Part shown: piece after piece, positions 1 through 10,757 of the stretch
Numbering within the stretch: position 1 is the stretch's first letter
Layout of the letters: the number at the start of each line of letters is the position of its first letter
DNA from: Octopus bimaculoides
Lineage: Eukaryota
Assembly (NCBI RefSeq): GCF_001194135.2
Contig: NC_068983.1
Location: 121,750,647-121,788,654 of the forward strand
Reading direction: 5' to 3'
DNA: 38,008 bases
Notes under the pieces: generated by a model
What the model was told of the DNA's origin: nothing
What the model saw: the letters and a program-made list of their open reading frames with translations, nothing else
Databases searched by the model: none
Made by a program: the position numbers and the translations under genes

Positions 1-138
1 CAAAAATTGCATCGAGAAGAAAGAAAAGTAAGAAAACCAAGATCTTCTTTTTTTTACTGTAGAAACTCTAATTAAACAACAGAAAGGAGGCCAACGACTC
101 TGAGCTACTCAATCTGTAACTAGTGGTGCCCTCCAGTG

Positions 139-147
139 AGAGAGAGA

Positions 148-201
<54 letters not shown>

Positions 202-227
202 AACAGAAAGGCAGAGACAGAGAAAGG

Positions 228-276
<49 letters not shown>
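139..276. repeat. Compound (GA)n/(GACA)n/(GATA)n microsatellite
   Basis: Tandem units read directly from the sequence. Confidence 0.95.
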
Positions 277-277
<1 letters not shown>

Positions 278-952
278 TCTTCGCAAGTACCAGTTCTCAA
301 CTAAAATATGTAAGTTATAATTTTTCTTCTATTATAATTTTTTTTTAATAATTTTCATTTCGCAACTTTGTGCCCGTGTGCAAATTAATTCTTTTTATAC
401 CGGGATTTTTTTAATTAATGCCACTTTTTCCACTCTACATCGCTTTTGTTAATTCACACCTAATATTTTTTCTTTCAAGTTAGCAAGCTTTTGAAGCCCA
501 GTATATTAATTTTTTGTTCATTTGATATCTACTTTTTCCTACATCTTGAACAAGCTGCAGAACTACAGGAGTTATATAGATATAGGTTTTCTCCTGACAA
601 GTAGCTGCTATTGAAGTTTTATTCTAAGCTACTAAAATAGTTTAGAATGTTAACAATCTAATTTCGATGACCTACATAATCGCTCAATTTTCTTATTACT
701 TTCAAAATTCGTTGTATGAAATCGTAATTTTCTTCTTGGTTGACAAGCAAATCTAACTTCGACCGTTTGCGTTAAAATTTTCCAGTTGCATACATTTTAA
801 AATTGAGGCTTAATTAGATTCAGTTTTCAGATTTAGCCGTCCCTTTAGCGATATTTTTTTGCTATGATTTTTTATCTTATAACAGATTTTCTGGGAGATA
901 CTGCAAAGTTTTGTTTCTTTACCTATGTATAAGCAACATTTGACTTTTAATA

Positions 953-1298
953 TATTGGGTTGGCAACTAAGTTCCCGCCGTTTTCTTAAATTTAAATTTT
1001 TTAAAAGGTTTAATAAAAAATAACAACTAATTAATCAATAATGTATTCACCCTTGTTGTTTACAACTTCTTCCCAACGTTCAACAAGATTTTCAATACCT
1101 CGTTGGTACAAATCACCCGATTTCGACTCAAAAAATTGATCCAACCAAGCTCTCAATTCTGCATCAGTATTGAACGAAACTCCGCGCATAGCATTTGAAA
1201 GGGATTGAAAGAAGTGGAAATCCGTTCGTGCCAAATCAAGAGAGTACGGCAGGTATAGCAGCACTTCCCAGCCATGCGTTTGAATGGCTTCTTTGGTC
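953..1298 (-). mobile_element. Mariner transposon 3' end (transposase C-terminus plus terminal inverted repeat), cut by an assembly gap
   Basis: Minus strand reads GWEVLLYLPYSLDLARTDFHFF...RGIENLVERWEEVVNNKGEYIID*, matching the mariner HPPYSPDLAPSD(Y/F) motif and C-terminus. A TA followed by the TIR-like TTGGGTTGGCAACTAAG lies at 953-971. Confidence 0.9.
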
Positions 1299-2018
1299 NN
1301 NNNNNNNNNNNNNNNNNNNNNNNNNNNNNNNNNNNNNNNNNNNNNNNNNNNNNNNNNNNNNNNNNNNNNNNNNNNNNNNNNNNNNNNNNNNNNNNNNNNN
1401 NNNNNNNNNNNNNNNNNNNNNNNNNNNNNNNNNNNNNNNNNNNNNNNNNNNNNNNNNNNNNNNNNNNNNNNNNNNNNNNNNNNNNNNNNNNNNNNNNNNN
1501 NNNNNNNNNNNNNNNNNNNNNNNNNNNNNNNNNNNNNNNNNNNNNNNNNNNNNNNNNNNNNNNNNNNNNNNNNNNNNNNNNNNNNNNNNNNNNNNNNNNN
1601 NNNNNNNNNNNNNNNNNNNNNNNNNNNNNNNNNNNNNNNNNNNNNNNNNNNNNNNNNNNNNNNNNNNNNNNNNNNNNNNNNNNNNNNNNNNNNNNNNNNN
1701 NNNNNNNNNNNNNNNNNNNNNNNNNNNNNNNNNNNNNNNNNNNNNNNNNNNNNNNNNNNNNNNNNNNNNNNNNNNNNNNNNNNNNNNNNNNNNNNNNNNN
1801 NNNNNNNNNNNNNNNNNNNNNNNNNNNNNNNNNNNNNNNNNNNNNNNNNNNNNNNNNNNNNNNNNNNNNNNNNNNNNNNNNNNNNNNNNNNNNNNNNNNN
1901 NNNNNNNNNNNNNNNNNNNNNNNNNNNNNNNNNNNNNNNNNNNNNNNNNNNNNNNNNNNNNNNNNNNNNNNNNNNNNNNNNNNNNNNNNNNNNNNNNNNN
2001 NNNNNNNNNNNNNNNNNN

Positions 2019-2210
2019 GCTTAGTGATATTTCGTCTGTCTTTACGTTCTGATTTCAAATTCCGCCGAGGTCGACTTTGCCTTTCATCCTTTCGGGGTCG
2101 ATTAAATAAGTACCAGTTACGCACTGGGGTCGATATAATCGACTTAATCCGTTTGCCTGTCCTTGTTTGTCCCCTCTCTGTGTAGCCCCTTGTGGGCAGT
2201 AAAGAAATAA
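2019..2210 (+). mobile_element. tRNA-head SINE, type A, copy 1 (5' end in the gap)
   Basis: B-box-like TTCAAATTCC followed by the core GTCGACTTTGCCTTTCATCCTTTCGGGGTCGAT..AAGTACCAG..CTGGGGTCGAT..TCGACT; A-rich end. Near-identical to the next copy over ~110 bp. Confidence 0.8.
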
Positions 2211-2396
2211 GAAACGTTATCACGCTAGGTATTTCGTTTGTCTTTACGTTCTGAGTTCAAATTCCACCGAGGTCGACTTTGCCCTTCATCCTTTCGGGTT
2301 CGATAAATTAAGTACTAGTTGCGCACTGGGGTCGATCTAATCGACTGGCTCCCTCCCCCAAAATTTCGGGCCTTGTGCCTAGAGTAGAAAAGAATA
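2211..2396 (+). mobile_element. tRNA-head SINE, type A, copy 2 (different 3' tail)
   Basis: GAGTTCAAATTCC B-box and the same core as copy 1; diverges after ATCGACT and ends GTAGAAAAGAATA. Confidence 0.8.
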
Positions 2397-2895
2397 TACA
2401 TTCATTCTGATATTTGAAACAATACGAACGTGTAATGAAACGACGGTACCTGTGCAAGGTATAGCGAATGAATATATGATAAAATGAATATGAATATATA
2501 ATAATGTATTGAGCCTTTTACTGAATTACTGTCTTTCGTGTATGTATATATATATGTGTGTGTGTGTGTATGTGAGCATTTGTATGCATGCTGGAAATTA
2601 AGTGAAACCAAGTAGTGATATTTGGTATACATTTAATGCGTGTTTCAGATCATTGTGTAATAGATAAAAAAGAAATTCAGCTCTTACACAACATCCTCAT
2701 TTTAGACATTTCAAAATAATGCATTAAATCCATTCGAATCTTCATTACTTCGTTTGACTTCATTGTTATACATACGATTCCATGCTGGTAGAAGTTTGCC
2801 AGTCCTTACTCCATTAACACGGATGATCTAAACAAGGATTTGCAGTGGTTTGTTCTATTCCACCCGTGTCAGAAAATTCTGGTATATGTATATAT

Positions 2896-3476
2896 AATTT
2901 AAATAATCAGAAAATGGCGAAAATTTTTGATCAACAAACAAACAAATTGGACCACATCTGTAGATTTTTTTTTAATACAAAACATGACATAAATTTTTTA
3001 TAACATAACATATCTTACGGCCGTTTACGCTTCCTATACCAGTCGGTGCTTACGAAAGAATTTCGAAAATAATGTTTATCTTCATAGGACACTCAATCTA
3101 GTACATGGAGCTTCATGAGAATGAATACAAATGCGTAAAATAAAATAAAGGAAGGGAGGAGGGGATAGGAAAGAACATATTGAGCCTCCTAGCCCCTTCT
3201 CGTGGCCATGTTCTTTTCTATTCCTTCTTCCCTCCGTTTATTTTACGCATTTGCTTTCATTCTGATGAAGCTCTTTGTACTAGATCGAATGTCCTATGAA
3301 GATGACGAATATTATCTTCGAAATTCTTTCGTAAGCACCAACTGACATTGGAAGCGGAAACGGCCGAAAGAAATGTTATGTCATGTTTTATATTAAAAAA
3401 TAATCTACAGGTGCGGTCCAATTTGTTTGTTTGTTTGTTGATCAAAAGTTTTGTCCATTTTCTGGTTATTTAAATT
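2896..3476. repeat. Long imperfect palindrome (fold-back element): arms 2896-3178 and 3208-3476, 29-nt spacer
   Basis: The reverse complement of the right arm aligns with the left arm along its length, e.g. TTGATCAACAAACAAACAAATTGGACC, CTTACGAAAGAATTTCGAA and AAATGCGTAAAATAAA. Confidence 0.85.
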
Positions 3477-4582
3477 TGATTCCTGATAAACTTTTGTTTA
3501 TTCTGTTGTTACCTGTACCCTACGAGCATAGTGTGCCTGCATACCCATGCCCAGGGATAACACAGGTATATATANNNNNNNNNNNNNNNNNNNNNNNNNN
3601 NNNNNNNNNNNNNNNNNNNNNNNNNNNNNNNNNNNNNNNNNNNNNNNNNNNNNNNNNNNNNNNNNNNNNNNNNNNNNNNNNNNNNNNNNNNNNNNNNNNN
3701 NNNNNNNNNNNNNNNNNNNNNNNNNNNNNNNNNNNNNNNNNNNNNNNNNNNNNNNNNNNNNNNNNNNNNNNNNNNNNNNNNNNNNNNNNNNNNNNNNNNN
3801 NNNNNNNNNNNNNNNNNNNNNNNNNNNNNNNNNNNNNNNNNNNNNNNNNNNNNNNNNNNNNNNNNNNNNNNNNNNNNNNNNNNNNNNNNNNNNNNNNNNN
3901 NNNNNNNNNNNNNNNNNNNNNNNNNNNNNNNNNNNNNNNNNNNNNNNNNNNNNNNNNNNNNNNNNNNNNGATGCTATACATGTGCATGCATGTGTGCATT
4001 ATTTCTTTAAATATACGACTATGTTTAAATTTTAGCTTTTCATTTTAGATTTTTTCATATTTTCTTATTAGTTTTTACAGTTGGTTTGGAACAATAGAGT
4101 TCCTGAATTTATGTTCAGCATTTCCAGATCTTCATGGACTCGTTTTTAAGAATTGAATATATTTGGCTTGTGTGTTGTTTCTGATATCCTGGTTGAATTC
4201 GAGTTGAATTCGAATGGACTTTGCCACCAAATGTTTTTTGACCGTTAGCTTCATGCAGCAGCTGTCACGTGTTCCTTTGTTTGTTGCAGTCACATCTTAA
4301 CTGTTAGTTTTGTTTTATATTTTAACCTTACATACTGATTCACTCGTTATTACGTAAACAACTCTCCAGTGATGGAGAAATATAGCAGATCGCTGAATTT
4401 TTTTTAATTAGAAAGCAGTACTTTTCAAACAAGTGATAACATAATGAAAAATCTAACCAAGGATGCAAAATAACAGAACGTTAAATTTTCTGAATGACAT
4501 CAGCAACAAATATGACTGATTGTTTTCTTTTGAAAATTAATAAAAGTTCTTAGAATCTGGTCAAAACAATTCACGGATGTGA

Positions 4583-4738
4583 TGACGTCAAAACAAATCT
4601 GTCCAATCAGATTTGTTTTTGACAATCAAGAATTTGTAATATAAAGCAGACAGAGCTCGAACTGGTGCTTCGTTCGGGAAGTAGCGAACTGATGCCTGCA
4701 AGCCAGTCCGGAAGATAAGATGTTAGTAACAGGTAAAA
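4583..4738 (+). promoter_or_regulatory. Candidate promoter module: CRE, CCAAT, TATA-like box, ETS site and possible splice donor
   Basis: TGACGTCA 4583-4590, CCAAT 4603-4607, TATAAA 4640-4645, CCGGAAG 4708-4714, CAG|GTAAAA at 4732/4733. Motif-only evidence. Confidence 0.3.
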
Positions 4739-4944
4739 ACAACAGAAGCTGATAGCAGTGAGCATGATTGCATGCGGATTCTGTCTTGCGAATAATCTCG
4801 ATTGATTCTATTTTGACAACCTCACTGTCAGTCATTACATACTTTAACATTAGTTAACCATTTCGATATATCAACAGTCATCACCACAAAGAAAAATCCC
4901 GTTTTATCAGAAACAAAAAGAATTAATATTGAAAAATGAATTGT

Positions 4945-5900
4945 TTTCCGCATCTAGTTTGGCTTTCTAAAGGGATTTTCATCCATTATTCATCTAAAAC
5001 AGTCTCATGTTCTTGTAGTGATGATTGTGGAGGATATCGACTCCTTACTTGTTTTTCTAAAATCCACCATAAATGTTCAATAATATTGAGATCTGGGAAC
5101 TGTGGTGTTCAACTTCACTAGAATGTTTCTCGTGCCATTCAATAACAACTTTAGCTGTGTGAGTTGGTGCATTATGATCCTGAAAGATTGCGTTTCCTTC
5201 CGCGGAAACAGTTCTGCAACCATAGGATGAATTTGATCCGATAAAATGCTTAAATAGTCTTGACTATTAATTCTGCCATGAAGGGAAACCATTGGGCCGG
5301 CGGATTTCCAAGATATAGCTCCCCAGATCATCACAGTTGCTCCTCCATGTTTGACAGTCGGAAGAATGAAGTCTGGATCAAATGCTTCTTTTGGCTGTCT
5401 CCACACGCATACTCGGCGCCGGTGGTCAGAAATAAGGTAAAGGATGACTCGTCCCAGAAAATAACATTCTTCCACTACTCTAAGGACCAATTCTGTAAGT
5501 TTTTACTCAACTCTAAACGCTTTGCAACGTTTGTTTTTGAAAGTAGTGGTTTTCTGATTGCAGTCTTCCCGTGAAATCCGGCTTTGTGCAACTCCAGGCG
5601 AACAGCTTTTGTGGAAACTGTGTTCTCGAGGTGGTCATTAAGCTCTGCAGTAATTTTGGGAGCTGTACATTTGTGATCCTTTCTAACAATTTGCGTATGA
5701 GTCCGGCGGTCCCTATCTGAAAGTTTTGGTTTTCTTCTGGAGTTTTGTTTGACGAGATTTTTCCCGCTTTCTCAAAGGCTGTCATTACTTTCAAGACTAC
5801 TTCTTGATAGACCAAACATTTCGACTGTTTTCATTATGCTAGTGCCTGCCATACGAGCACCAACAATTTGACCTCTTTGAAAATCCGATAGATCCGTCAT
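4945..5900 (-). mobile_element. Tc1-family transposase pseudogene (frameshifts and stops)
   Basis: Starts MTDLSDFQRGQIVGARMAG at 5900. Later segments read W.NVIFWDES, ILPTVKHGGATVMIWGAISW, a QD(D)NAP-like motif and PQSPDLNIIE, all typical of Tc1 DD34E transposases. TIRs not located. Confidence 0.9.
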
Positions 5901-7002
5901 TTTAATGAATTTTAAAATCCATGCGATTCTTAGAAGCTGTAAGTTGTAGTCTATTCTTAGCTACAATAGTGACAACGTGAATTTCTTCCATCTTCTTGCT
6001 CGGTCAAAATATTTAAGAAAAATGATATTAATGTGTTCTACTTGTTAAAATTCCATTTATTTATTTGTGCAGCTGAAGATAGCACTGAATTTAAATTGAT
6101 GTAATGATTGCATTGTTCAATGAAATGGGATCGCTTGAAACGGTCGTATTCCATCACTGCTTGATATCCTGTTGCTTATTTTGATTTTATTCATCTTACT
6201 TCGGACTGTGCGGATAATACCGGACTGACTTGTTTCTTCAACTTAAGTACCTAATTCAAGTGAATCTCAATTATTTCTATATGTGTATATAAGAAAAAAT
6301 GAAAATGTACTCAATGCATGTAACTGAATATATTTATTCACTCAATGATAATGAGTCACTCATTGATANNNNNNNNNNNNNNNNNNNNNNNNNNNNNNNN
6401 NNNNNNNNNNNNNNNNNNNNNNNNNNNNNNNNNNNNNNNNNNNNNNNNNNNNNNNNNNNNNNNNNNNNNNNNNNNNNNNNNNNNNNNNNNNNNNNNNNNN
6501 NNNNNNNNNNNNNNNNNNNNNNNNNNNNNNNNNNNNNNNNNNNNNNNNNNNNNNNNNNNNNNNNNNNNNNNNNNNNNNNNNNNNNNNNNNNNNNNNNNNN
6601 NNNNNNNNNNNNNNNNNNNNNNNNNNNNNNNNNNNNNNNNNNNNNNNNNNNNNNNNNNNNNNNNNNNNNNNNNNNNNNNNNNNNNNNNNNNNNNNNNNNN
6701 NNNNNNNNNNNNNNNNNNNNNNNNNNNNNNNNNNNNNNNNNNNNNNNNNNNNNNNNNNNNNNNNNNNNNNNNNNNNNNNNNNNNNNNNNNNNNNNNNNNN
6801 NNNNNNNNNNNNNNNNNNNNNNNNNATATATATATATATATACAGCTCTTGTCAAGTTGCGGGGAGTGAACATTCATAATTGACAAATAACTTACATTTT
6901 TAAGTAAATAATAATAACGTATAGAAAATAATTTCCTTCGTAGAGAGGCAATTTTTTTTTTAAATACATAAGCTACAGGAAATTCGAATCGATTACGACT
7001 AT

Positions 7003-7203
7003 AAAGAGGTGTTATATTCAATAGAGAGGTGCTATAATGAGCAGAAAGGTGTTACAGTTAGTAGATAGGAGTTTTAATCAATAAAAGGTGTTATATGTAT
7101 CAGAAAAGTGTTATAATCTATAGATAGGTGTTGTAGACAATAAAGAAATGCTATAGTCGATAGAGAAGTGTTAAAAATCTCATGAAGAGGTGTTGCAGTT
7201 AAT
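7003..7203. repeat. Degenerate 20-bp minisatellite (~10 units, consensus ~AGAGAGGTGTTATAGTCAAT)
   Basis: The AGGTGTTA core recurs about every 20 nt. Confidence 0.75.
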
Positions 7204-7330
7204 AGAGGTTGTGATGTCTGCAGTTAATGATATAGTAGTTAATGGAGAGGTGTTTGTGTTATACTGCAAAATATCGAACTCGACAATTTATGTGTTCGAA
7301 ATGTAGACAATAATAAAATTGTGTACTCAC

Positions 7331-7753
7331 CTAAATCATCAATGTGTTCAGACATTGTGAGGGAAACAATCACCAAAAGAACGCTAACAGTCAACATTGT
7401 CATAGAGACAATCATCACAACACGGGCGATCAACTTCTGTTTCTTAGTGGGTTCTCTCTTGGCAAAGCGTTTAACTACCTCTTTGCACCTTGTCGTTGTC
7501 CCGCTTTCCATTTTATAATATATCGATTCTCCAGGTTCCAGTTGACACGAGAGGATTTCGATGGAGTCATCGTGGTCCGTTCCCAAATCTGAGTAGATCT
7601 GCAGCTCATACGGTTCATAGCTGCGCTGAGTGGAACTTCTTTCGTCGCCAGTGGAGCCACTCTCGGCTAATTCTTCTGCAGAGGTAGCCAGCTTGAGAGA
7701 ATTACAAAGAAGCCGAAGAAACCGTCCGAAAGGCTGAGTTATATTGTTCACAC
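7331..7753 (-). CDS. Internal coding exon of an unidentified single-pass membrane protein; 5' boundary uncertain
   Basis: Non-repetitive open frame with higher GC than its flanks: ...KRFAKREPTKKQKLIARVVMIVSMTMLTVSVLLVIVSLTMSEHIDDL, followed at once by TTAG|GTGAGT (phase-1 donor at 7330). Candidate acceptors lie at 7754 (ACAG, weak pyrimidine tract) or near 7680-7690. An in-frame TGA at 7770-7772 bounds the frame upstream. Confidence 0.7.
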
Positions 7754-8210
7754 CTGTGTTTCCCTTCCTTCACGGTAATAGAGAAAGACGCTCGCTTTAA
7801 ATGACCTGATAAACCTTTGCTTTATCCTGCATCCATGTTTCTAGATTAACTTCAGAAAACCATAATTCAATAGTCTGGGATAAAGTTAAGCAACACAGTT
7901 GCTAATGAGTCGTCCACTTTGGTGTGGTTCTATTACTTTATATCACATAGTACACTTTACGTTTATTTGTACGGTAAGATAGCTACTAGAGTCATTATTT
8001 TATTCATCCCATTGAAAAACTGTAAGATTTTTTTTTTTATCAAATAAACGTTTATTTATTCTTTTAATGTGAATTCGTTGTAATGAATATCTCGAATTAT
8101 TCATTCAATTCCGTCACAGCATTTCCTTTCAAAGTCTTTTCGTTTGAAAGAAAGTTATGACATCATTAAGAAGAATTGGCAGTGAAATATTCAGGAATTC
8201 TTGAAGAACA

Positions 8211-8280
8211 ATTATTATTGTTGTTGTTGTTGTTATTATTATTATTATTTTTATTATTATTATTATTATTTTTATTATTA

Positions 8281-8340
<60 letters not shown>
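8211..8340. repeat. (TTG)n/(TTA)n trinucleotide microsatellite
   Basis: Tandem units read directly. Confidence 0.95.
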
Positions 8341-8341
<1 letters not shown>

Positions 8342-8487
8342 TCGTACATTCAATTGAGCGTTACCATTCAGATAAGTAAATTCTTCTGACCATTAATATT
8401 TAAGTTATATTCTTTTATTCATCATGTATATTGGGAAACGCCTAAAAGATATTATCATTTTAGAGAGCGATCCAATTATGAATATAT

Positions 8488-8488
8488 T

Positions 8489-8556
<68 letters not shown>

Positions 8557-8570
8557 TGTGTGTGTGTGTA
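8488..8570. repeat. (TG)n(AG)n(TG)n microsatellite
   Basis: Tandem units read directly. Confidence 0.95.
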
Positions 8571-8993
8571 GTTTTACTTAGAGAGAATAAATGATTCACA
8601 GTTTTTTTTTTTTGTGTTCTCTTTTTCAACACAACGATATGATGGTTATGCTGTAACCAACTTCATTAACTTGAAATAACAAAGTGATAAAAAAAGAAAT
8701 TGCTAAGTACAGATTTTTAGTTGGTTCATACTCATAATATCAATTACATTTCCAAGAGTAAAAGAAATCATGATGTTCTTTTAAGATATGCAATGTCGCG
8801 CCTGGATAACATTTTTGTCTCTTTAAGCTTTTCTGTTTTAGATTTTCAATTAAAGTGTGAACATAGAAGCACTTGAAATCACTCTATCTCACTGTAATTA
8901 CGCATTTCATTTCGTCTCTCCTTCAAATGAGAAAAGATTGAGTCTAGGTAGGAAGAAGGCCTTTTATTCATCATGACAGTCTGTGGTGATGGT

Positions 8994-9232
8994 TGCTATG
9001 AAACTGCTTTGTCTTCAACAATGCTTGACTCTCATTTCATGTCTCACAGATCCGGTTCAGTTGGAGCCTTCGCACCATTTTTTAGCCCTGCAAAGAGAAA
9101 TAACACCAATATAGGCAAGTATTTTAGATTTCTTCAACTAAAATAGTTTTAATACTACAGAAGCTATATTAAAAATGAGACATTGAGATGTGGCGATTAT
9201 AAAGTTCCCTTGAGACAAGCAGTTTCATAGCA
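8994..9232. mobile_element. MITE-like element with ~23-bp imperfect terminal inverted repeats
   Basis: TGCTATGAAACTGCTTTGTCTTCAA (8994-9018) is the near reverse complement of TTGAGACAAGCAGTTTCATAGCA (9210-9232). Confidence 0.5.
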
Positions 9233-9252
9233 TATATATATATATATATATA

Positions 9253-9353
9253 TAAAGAATAAAAAGTTTAGAATGGTACAACAATGCACTATAGAACAAA
9301 AAGTGGATGTTCTATAGTGCATTGTTGTACCATTATAAACTTTTTATTCTTTA
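9253..9353. repeat. Near-perfect hairpin: 46-bp arms with one mismatch, 9-nt loop
   Basis: 9253-9298 is the reverse complement of 9308-9353 except at one position. Confidence 0.9.
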
Positions 9354-9393
9354 CAAACAATACACAATGCTTCAAGTGAACTACAATACTCTC

Positions 9394-9394
9394 C

Positions 9395-9428
<34 letters not shown>

Positions 9429-9449
9429 NNNNNNNNNNCAATACTCTCC

Positions 9450-9518
<69 letters not shown>

Positions 9519-9638
9519 GCGTATGTATGTATATGTATATGTATATATGTATATATGCATGTATGTATTCATGTATTACATATTTGCGTGTGCGTGTATA
9601 TATACATATGTTTATATATGTACATATGTATATATGTA

Positions 9639-9684
<46 letters not shown>

Positions 9685-9690
9685 TACGCA
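9394..9690. repeat. (TA)n/(TG)n/(TATG)n microsatellite field spanning a 10-N gap
   Basis: Tandem units read directly. Confidence 0.9.
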
Positions 9691-10249
9691 CACCAGTCAT
9701 ATACCTATATGTATGCTCCACCGATAATGGTGCTTACATACCGAAGGGCTTGGTAAAAATTATTAATTGTTGATTTATTAATAAATTAATAAATTGATAA
9801 ACCTTTACCCTTTTAATTTGTAATAATTATATGTATGCATGTATATGTATGTGAATTTGTGTGTTTGTATAGGATGCATGTGCCTGTGTCTGTGTGTGTG
9901 AGAGAGAGTGTGAGTGTGTTTGTGTGTGTGTGTATGTGTGCGTGTGTTCGTGCATGTGTATGTGTGTGTATGCGCGCGCGTGTTCTAGTTTTATCTTTTT
10001 AGCTTCTCACCAATGGGAAACTAGCACATTTCTAACACAAAAAGAAGGCTCTTTCATTCAAATTTAAACAATACCATAAGGGTATGTACGCATGTACGCA
10101 TGTGTGCACTTATGTATATATGCATGTACGTATGTACATTCTTATATACATGTATATATGTCATAAATATATGTATATTATGAACATGTGTCACATATAT
10201 TTATCTGTGAAAGCATAAATGTCATTGCATATATGGATTTCAATGCCTT

Positions 10250-10718
10250 GATTTATGTATGTGCACTAATGTAAGTCTGCTTGTCTTATGTATGTGAACT
10301 TACGTATGTCTGCATTCTACACATGTATATATGGAATTATTACATGGTAAACTACTGGAATGTTCTACATATTTTCATCGTAACTTTAATGGCTTGTAGA
10401 TGTTTTTTACTGGTTTTGTGAAGCACATTATCTCAAGATTGGCGCTGAGACAGTTTGTTATGTAACCACATGCCTAAATTATTTTAGCTATAAATCAAAT
10501 GCTATGGCCCAAATGGAATAACTGCACTTTTCTCATTACTGCGAGATAATTTCTTCTTACCTAATCTTGATTGTTTGGTAAGAAGCTTACTTCCCAAGCA
10601 TATGGTTCCAGGTTCAGTCCTACTGCGCGGCAGATTGGACAAGTTTCTTCTACTATAGCCATGAGCGCTGAATAATGTTTTGTGAATGGATTCGGTAGAA
10701 GGATACGAAAAGAAGGCA

Positions 10719-10757
<39 letters not shown>

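Noticed and set aside
4808-4824. Possible tiny terminal exon for the membrane-protein gene (AG|TG AGG TTG TCA AAA TAG, giving ...DDLVRLSK*)
   Set aside because: Phase-compatible, but the pyrimidine tract is weak and such short matches arise by chance; it needs RNA-seq.
4626-4850. 74-aa minus-strand ORF
   Set aside because: No recognisable motif, near-cognate start, and chance length in non-coding DNA.
9384-9483. Duplicated CAATACTCTCC(TA)n(TG)n around the 10-N gap; a similar case at 28563-28875
   Set aside because: Same contig-overlap artefact pattern.
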